Assembly (NCBI GenBank): GCA_951406725.2
Contig: OX597817.1
Location: 147,188,001-147,252,000, forward strand
Origin: Octopus vulgaris
Taxonomy: Eukaryota
DNA length: 64,000 bases
Reading direction: 5' to 3'
The notes beneath the pieces were generated by a model that was given only the letters and a program-made list of their open reading frames with translations, was not told the DNA's origin and searched no databases. Shown here in pieces: positions 56,356 through 64,000 of this stretch (its first letter is position 1; the number at the start of each line of letters is the position of its first letter). A program made the position numbers and the translations under genes.

Positions 56356-57565
56356 ATCTAACATTGAACGGTGATTTTCAGATCGAGATTTCAATTGAAG
56401 CATTCGTCTCATAGAAGTATATTTTGCGAAATATAATTAAAGATTTGTTTCAGGATTGTAGGGAAGATCGTCATCAAAAAGATGAAATAAATACTTGAAT
56501 AATCAGAAAGGCTCCAATGAAGGTGAGTCTCTTAGTGGCTAGGGTTCTGTCAGATAATTGTCTCGATTGCTGGACCGTGTGGTGCTTCGTGGTTACTTCT
56601 CTCTGCTGTAGTCCACTCAGGTGTAGATGAGTGACACTAAAGACTGACGATCTGTTTACGGAGAATGTTGAGGTGTCGGTCACTCATCAATCCTTGAAAC
56701 CAGTTAACCGGCGCTAGGAACACTAGAACTCGAGATAGTAATGACCAGATGTTCTTGATGATGATGATGATGATAATGACAAAGACTAAGGGACCGTTTC
56801 ACAGTCTGATGACCGCTCGTCAGGGAATTCCTACCCACCATATATATGTAAATATGCATATATATATATATATATATATATATTTAAGATACATATATAG
56901 GGTAGAGAATATTCGTTATAAATATCACCACCAGTGGCCTAGCATGTATAAATAGTCAATAGACAACATATTCATATTTTAAAATAGTGTACATTTAAAC
57001 ACAAAAGAAAATTACCCTTTAACAGGTAATTTTTTTCATGCTAGAAATAGTAGCCAACACGGCCAAAACCACGATTTAATAGCAATTTTCGAAGTAAATG
57101 AAAAATAAAAACTTTTACCTTGTTATTTGTATTAGCGGTATACCATGGTTTCGAATTTCTTTAGCAAATAAGATTATTTGCCATCCTTTAATAGGTAATT
57201 TAGCAAAACAATATTATCCGCCAGGCGAATTCTCGTCAGTAACCGGCCTCAATAACTAACTAATAATTCAGAGACAAGATAACACGTTTCCCGTCATTAT
57301 AAGTTATAATTTTTCAAAATTCCGCGCGCAGGCGTATTTACAGTCCGCAATAAATATGCTTTTAAATCTCTTTTAGAGAATTCACTATAATGACTTTTAT
57401 TACTACCTCAGCGTTACTTTTCATAAACAGTCTTGACATTTTTGATTTCCAATGTGCATCAGAGTAAGTACATAAATTTTAAACAAGGTGGAAAAAGTAG
57501 TACTCGAATATCAGAGGAAGAGTAATATGCTATATTAAAAAGTAGCAAAAATATCACGTAAACAA

Positions 57566-57607
57566 AACTGTCCGACGAACGGGAACGTGAAACTCTGAGT
57601 AACAGTT
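57566..57607 (+). ncRNA. Well-formed type I hammerhead motif (U4C variant) with extended stem I
   Basis: AACTGT-CCGACGA-ACG(GGAA)CGT-GAAA-CTC(T)GAG-TA-ACAGTT. Outer pairing GTAGCAAAAATATCA/TGATAATTTTGCTGC. Confidence 0.75.
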
Positions 57608-57712
57608 CGTATGATAATTTTGCTGCTATTTAATAAAGTGCATAAATGTATGTATGTATGTATGTATGTATGTATGTATGTATTTATGTATGTATGTATG
57701 TATGTATGTATA

Positions 57713-57767
<55 letters not shown>

Positions 57768-57772
<5 letters not shown>

Positions 57773-57910
57773 TGAAATTTACCGAAAAACAAAAGAGGAA
57801 GACAGGTGTATAAACAACAAACAAGTGTGTATTAGTTTAATGTTCAGGAAGGTGAGAATGTCTTTACGTTTCAAGCTTACGCTCTTCAACAGAAAGGAGC
57901 ACAAGGAAAT
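57768..57910 (-). mobile_element. HHR cassette family copy
   Basis: Reverse complement of 57861-57897 reads CCTTTCTGTTGAAGAGCGTAAGCTTGAAACGTAAAGA, nearly identical to 53864-53901. Confidence 0.7.
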
Positions 57911-57965
<55 letters not shown>

Positions 57966-57968
<3 letters not shown>

Positions 57969-58245
57969 GGTATTCTTTCGATATAACTCGACAAAATCAA
58001 AACATTTCACTTCGGGTATTTCCGTGGAAAAAAATTGATAGTTCGATTCTGTTTTCTGCTTGGAAATTTGTGGAATTTACATACACACATGAAACAGGCC
58101 AGAACAAATATGCAAGTCTTCTTGTCTTCAAGTTGAAAATGATACATTGCTGGCAAAATTTCGTTATAGTTATACTCCACAAGCCACGGAAATATCCGAA
58201 GTGAAATGTTTTGAATTTGTCGAGTTATATCGAAGGAAATCCATA
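57966..58245. repeat. Inverted repeat (~62-bp arms) within (TA)n
   Basis: TTCGATATAACTCGACAAAATCAAAACATTTCACTTCGGGTATTTCCGTGG versus CCACGGAAATATCCGAAGTGAAATGTTTTGAATTTGTCGAGTTATATCGAA. Confidence 0.9.
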
Positions 58246-58331
58246 TTATATATATAAATATATATATATATATTTCGTTTTTGGATTTGGTTTGGAAGAT
58301 TCTTTATATGAGTTCCTGTGTTGAAGCATAT

Positions 58332-58519
58332 TCTGGGGAGAGTCATTTTCTTTTTGTGCCTTATAATGAAACACACTCACCGGTAAAATTTCCATTTCTT
58401 TCTTATTTTTATTTTCCATATTTTATTTTTATAGGAAAATTAAAATAAGAAATAAATGGAAATTTTACCGATGAGTGTGTTACATTATAAGGCACAAAAA
58501 GAAAATGACTCTCCCCAGA
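58332..58519. repeat. Near-perfect palindrome (~90-bp arms, ~9-nt spacer)
   Basis: TCTGGGGAGAGTCATTTTCTTTTTGTGCCTTATAATG... versus ...CATTATAAGGCACAAAAAGAAAATGACTCTCCCCAGA. A single-arm relative lies at 55349-55440. Confidence 0.9.
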
Positions 58520-59269
58520 CACAACAGTATATATAATCGGTAATACTACTAAGAACAGTCGAAACCATACCATTTTACTGGAAGTACGCCGGATGGTGAT
58601 ACTCTATGCGAAGCTCTACGTTCAACAGTTGTGGTTATACATGTTTATGTACACAAAGAAATAACAGATATATATTGAAACCATTGACTGATAAAATTAC
58701 ACACGTATACATACATATGCACATTGAGTTGGGGCCTGTTCGCCAAAACATGCTCGGGTAACGGTGGTTTATCCGAAATTTCATGGAGTAATTTGGTTGT
58801 AGTGTTTGAAGCCTCGGTGGTTTTGTTTCTTTTTATTTTCTTTGATTTCTTTCTGGATAAATTTGAATAGAGCAGGGTATGCTGGGTTTAAGAAAGATTG
58901 AGCAGGAATATATTAGTGTGTGGTTAAACGTATGCATATGTGTGTGTATGTGTGTGTAAGTGTGTAAGTATTATTGTATATAAGAGCAGAAAATTACCCT
59001 GGGTTATGTTTTGACACGTATAGAAACCACTTGAGGAAAGGAGAATCACAAATCGAATCCCTACATTGATGTAGGTACACTTTTATGGGAAAAATCTAGA
59101 AATCCTTTGTTATAAAACCTGGAGTTGAAATAATATTTGGCTATCTTACTCTATCTTGCCAGATGTGTGTCTATATGTATATATGTATATGCATGTGGCT
59201 GAGTGTGTGTAGGTGGTCACTTATGAGTGATTTTTATTTCGCTCCCAATAGCCAGGTTTTACATTAGGC

Positions 59270-59870
59270 GTCGAGAAAATTTGTCTATGGAATTTGAGTC
59301 GTCCAAATTGAGAACCATCGCAGTAAATTAGTGAATTAATCAGCAGGAGTTGCAAACGGCGACGACAAAGGAATGGGAATGAATTGGATATAATGATAAA
59401 TTGCCACAGTCTATAGAATTGCTAATAACTTGGAAATTGATATTTCCAACTGAATGATGGGAAGCATGAAAGAGACGAAGTTTATATATTCTTCTCTGAC
59501 GTAAGCAATAGATGAGAGAAATGAATGCTGAAGAGTAATACAAATATCCTGGGATTTTCAAAGTAAACGGAATCAAAGACAAAGAAATGAAAGAATTGAC
59601 CACTGAAGAACACTTCTAGCGGGAAAGAACGTTTCTGAAATTAAAAGCGAATGGAAATAATGTGATGGCAGCAATTAATTCCAAAGCTGTTTCAACTATT
59701 AGATTTAGACTAAGAATTGGTAATAAGGGTGATATGAAATAGCTGCAGATCTATGAAATGTTCCATCATTAAGAAGATATAGATCAATATGGTAATATAA
59801 ACTGGCTGACGATGCATTGTGTCTTCCAGTATGAAAGACGTATAGATTGTATGTTATGATATAAATGGCA
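59270..59870 (+). pseudogene. Decayed R4/Dong-like non-LTR retrotransposon fragment
   Basis: YKYPGIFKVNGIKDKEMKELTTEEHF*RERTFLKLKANGNNVMAAINSKAVSTIRF resembles the R4-clade post-RT region (YKYLGI...KLNGxNxxxAINxxAV). Confidence 0.65.
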
Positions 59871-61513
59871 GATGACTTAGTCTGTACTCACCGAGGAGGT
59901 GGAGATCCACAGCAAAACATAAAGTGGACAGACGAGGCAGTTATAAAACAGTTCATTGTTAAATGAGATGGATATCGGTCGTTATGTTAAGTGGGATTAG
60001 AAAGGGTTAATTACTGTTAATGATCTAACCGATTTCTAAGCAAATTATGTTTGTCATATCCGAGAACGACTACTGGGAAAGATCATAGTAGAGATAAATA
60101 GCCACGAAGAGCGGATAAAAGAATTGTTGATCAAATGATGCGATAAGGATGGAAATAAAACAAATAAAAGATTCATGGAAATCCATGGACCACCCGGCTA
60201 ATTAACTAACATACGCAGAGAGGAAAAAATACATGATATAAAATAAAAACAGCATCTACTGAATATACAAGTTTTATTCATAATTACTCTATTTTATTGT
60301 TTGCTAAATAAGAATGTTCAGGGAATATCCGGTTTTCTTATTGCATATTAGTAAACACTTGTCCAGTATATGCACAGCAGTTCACTGTACATGCTGATCT
60401 TATCTTATTGTAATAAGAATTTAAATAGAATCCAAAGATAACACCTTATTTAAACAGACACACCACGCTAACAGGGCATTTAATGGCGGCGATGAGTTTG
60501 TGTCCTTCTAAAGCGATTTACATCATTTAAAGCATTAAAAAAAGAGAATATCATAAACTGAAGCAAGACAATCTAATAAACCAATTAACGATTCAGGAAG
60601 AAAAAACATTAAAATATAAAGAAGCTTTTGAAAGCTAACAATTCCCCCAAGTAAGAAATACGATGGAAAAGCAGACGTTAAAATGCATTTTCTCAATAAC
60701 AAGAAATGCTACTCTAAAGTCTATCTTCATTTTAGTTTCTTACTTTGATATAAGAGAAATTGTTGTTGTTGTTGCAAAAGACTATCAGCTTCTTTATCAA
60801 TATTTTCCAATCGTAACAATCCCATATTTCCCGGGCATAATGTATCTAAAATTACTTTATTCTGCGTGGTCTTTATATTTTTCTTATCCTTTATCCAGCT
60901 CAAAAGTTAGGGATCATGACCATACACAAGGCGTCCAAGACCAGCGGGGAGGAAAGAAAACTTGACACAAGTGGTTGCCGTAGACCGCTCCTCACTAAAT
61001 TCACCCAAGATACCAGGTGATGGTGTCAGGTAATGATGTTGACAACCCTTAGTTGGATCGTGAAGTTTCAATCTTGGAAGATGACGCATTGCCATTGGAA
61101 TCGGACCTGGCACATTTATCCATTTTCACTAACTTGGTAATATGAAAGGCAATGATAAGCCTGCAAAAGTTAAAACTGGAATATTTTCACCGATGCCCTG
61201 CCGTTGTGCTTACGAAAATGAATGCAAAACTTCCTTCTGCAGATTTCAATTTCCTTCTCAGATCTGCAGTGCACATGTTGCTCCTACTGTCTTGGTCCCC
61301 AACGTAAACAAATAATCCGGTTGAACATTCGTGTCACGTTTCAAACAAATAGAGATTTTGTTAACATGTTTTGTTTTAAAGGAGTAATAAACATCTAATT
61401 AGAAATAAGCATGTGATGAGGAAACTATAATGAAGTTAAACGCTGATATTCTATATGTTTATCGCCAAATATGTGAGGTAGCTCTTCTGGAGAGGCTTCG
61501 GTCCTAGACCACC

Positions 61514-61571
<58 letters not shown>

Positions 61572-61592
61572 GTGTGTGTGTGTGTGTATATA

Positions 61593-61625
<33 letters not shown>

Positions 61626-61670
61626 AAGTATGTATAGTGTGTTTGAAGTGGTGTACGGATATTGTATATT

Positions 61671-61803
61671 AAGAAGGAGGCAGTCAGGATTTTGGATAAT
61701 TCAATGTGAGCTTTCGTTCGTTCAATCTAACTCTTCAAGAGTACGATTCAACGAACGAAAACGTTTATAAGGAGTTGTCCAAAACTCTGACTGCTTCCTT
61801 CTT
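61671..61803. repeat. Fold-back palindrome centred in a hammerhead-like motif; same family as 31620-31735
   Basis: AAGAAGGAGGCAGTCAGGATTTTGGATAA...TTTCGTTCGTT versus AACGAACGAAA...TTGTCCAAAACTCTGACTGCTTCCTTCTT. Confidence 0.75.
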
Positions 61804-61873
<70 letters not shown>

Positions 61874-61879
61874 CAACAA

Positions 61880-62012
61880 CCGAATCCACTCACAAAGCTT
61901 TGGACGGCACGAGGCTTACAGTAGAATATACTTGACCAAAGTACCACACAGTGGGACTGAACCTGGAACCATGTTGGGAAGCAAGCTTCTTTCCTCACAG
62001 CCACGCGTGCCG

Positions 62013-62013
<1 letters not shown>
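61880..62013 (-). mobile_element. SINE family A 5' half
   Basis: Reverse complement of the family A head. Confidence 0.8.
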
Positions 62014-62046
<33 letters not shown>

Positions 62047-62237
62047 ATTCAAACGATGAATAGCCTCCGCGTAAACCACTGGTTCGTTTTGTTCTCTTAC
62101 TTTATTATCATCTTATAATCATCTCATAATAATGACCTTTATGACCTTAGTCAATCTAAATGTATATATTTGTCACTATCTGTCATAAACCTTTTTCTAT
62201 TTGCAATATGCATTTTCGTTGATTTTTCATATTTTAC

Positions 62238-62302
<65 letters not shown>

Positions 62303-63133
62303 GTATATTCTGTTAAGAATGTGCAAAAGTACCATGTAAAGCGCTCGTCCACTTTCAAATTTCACCCTGTGCTATCCAGTAGTAGTATTATAGATACTTC
62401 CAGATTTTGCGAGTATCTGTCGTGCGTGAATAGATAATTTTTAGAAAATTGGAGTCAACAAGAAGGGGTACGTTTGAACATGTATTTTTTATTCACTACA
62501 ATTGTTTCCATGCAACGTAGTTCTCTCGGCGTGCAGGTACTTGTTTATGTAACTGTTTCCTTGCATTATGAGATCTAGTAGTGTTCCCTCATGCGATATA
62601 TAAATATTGTCACCGTAAGATCAGAATACGCAGCTTCAAGAACATCCACTTTGTCTGTTGTGGCCTGAATTTAGTAGTAGTCACTGAGTTTATCAGGGTG
62701 TGTGGTTGCTGAAGGGCTGCTGTTCCACTGCTTTGAAAGTGTAGGCGTTATGGGCTGGTGATTCTACAACTGTTAAATTGCTCGCTGTTTTAAGGATATC
62801 GGCATTTGATTTCTTTGTTTTGTTGATTTGTTCTTCGTGGTTGCTTGCACATGCGATTCTCTTTAGCTGACCTTTAAGATTCGGCATATATTTACGGATA
62901 CTTGTTAGTTCACAAATACTTCCATATACGTACCAACTCTGGGGCACCTACACACACACACGGACATACACACACATACACATGCACACACACACACATA
63001 CACACACACACATATGCACATGCACACACACATATAGAAGAGTTGCGGAGTGGAGTAGGTACTGTCCCTGAAAGTTGTTTTTCAATATTTATTACGGATT
63101 GCTTGAAGTCAACTTTCTTCCCACACTTTGATA

Positions 63134-63171
<38 letters not shown>

Positions 63172-63217
63172 TACATATATATATATATATGTATATATAT
63201 ATGTATATATATATATG

Positions 63218-63256
<39 letters not shown>

Positions 63257-63282
63257 GCATATATATATGTCTATATATATAC

Positions 63283-63328
<46 letters not shown>

Positions 63329-63329
<1 letters not shown>

Positions 63330-64000
63330 GAAACCGCGGTACGAGTTGTTTAAATTATCGGTAAATGTTTTTGATTTTCACTCTCGATAAATTCATCCCC
63401 TTTTTGTGTTCCCAGCACTTGGCATCTTTATTTAGGAGCCTTTAATTGTATAACCACATGATTAATATTTTTCTATATGAATAATATTTTCGTCTTATGA
63501 CTAATTCGTCTTTTGTGTTGGGCACCTGGTAGTAAATAATATTACTACCCTTCTTGTTTATATTCGCATACTACATGATGAATTTATTCGTAAAATTCTT
63601 CCCGGCATGCCCGTGTAAATTTTGCGTCTGCGCAGAGATTTGAAAAGTTAAGATCTGCTAGTAGTTGGGTTTAACATATAGCCCCACATCGCTGCGGACC
63701 TCAATTAAATTCAGGCGACTCGCTGATGAAGCCAGCCTTAGCAAACATATTCTGTGTTTTGCTAGAAAGAAGCAGAAACCGCGGTACGAGTTGTTTAAAT
63801 TATCGGTAAATGTTTTTGATTTTCACTCTCGATAAATTCATCCCCTTTTTGTGTTCCCAGCACTTGGCATCTTTATTTAGGAGCCTTTAATTGTTTAACC
63901 ACATGATTAATATTTTTCTATATGAATAATATTTTCGTCTTATGACTAATTCGTCTTTTGTGCTGGGCACCTGGTAGTAAATAATATTACTACCCTTCTT
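63329..64000 (+). repeat. 445-bp tandem unit (at least 1.5 copies, runs off the window) containing a hammerhead
   Basis: 63329-63555 is nearly identical to 63774-64000. Confidence 0.92.
63713..63796 (+). ncRNA. Type I hammerhead ribozyme motif, canonical core, long stem II insert
   Basis: AGGCGACTCG-CTGATGA-A-GC...TAGCAAACATA(TTC)TGTGTTTTGCTA...GC-A-GAAA-CCGCGG-TA-CGAGTTGTTT. Ten-pair stem I (including G-U pairs), palindromic stem III, GUA triplet. Confidence 0.8.

Noticed and set aside
55867-56412. Pro/Ser/Leu-rich and Glu/Gly-rich ORFs
   Set aside because: Products of a polypurine low-complexity tract.
62340-62947. Coding-like minus-strand remnant
   Set aside because: Short, interrupted and without a diagnostic motif; it cannot be assigned.

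Overview
AT-rich, microsatellite-saturated eukaryotic DNA, probably intergenic or intronic. The SINE families and the (TA)n/(CA)n density suggest an octopus genome (inference). No host protein-coding gene is recognisable, and almost all ORF-track entries are translated microsatellites. The one substantial coding unit is a 5'-truncated Penelope-like retroelement (PLE; RT + GIY-YIG) on the minus strand at ~49870-53772. Its two ORFs overlap across a T7 run in a -1 relationship, and its 3' end carries CCAAT/TATA motifs and a hammerhead fold. About 20 type I hammerhead ribozyme (HHR) motifs, from canonical to decayed, sit in short non-coding cassettes mostly embedded in (TA)n. They include identical canonical copies capping both ends of a 6.9-kb palindrome (3416-10340) and a canonical copy in a 445-bp tandem unit at the window end (retrozyme/pLTR-like). 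About ten fold-back inverted duplications occur. Also present: many tRNA-derived SINEs, decayed LINEs (RTE, CR1-group, R4/Dong-like), a mariner remnant, a deleted Tc1/mariner-type element, a non-autonomous Helitron and a TIR element carrying (TTAGGG)4. All folds and coordinates were read by eye; repeat boundaries are approximate.
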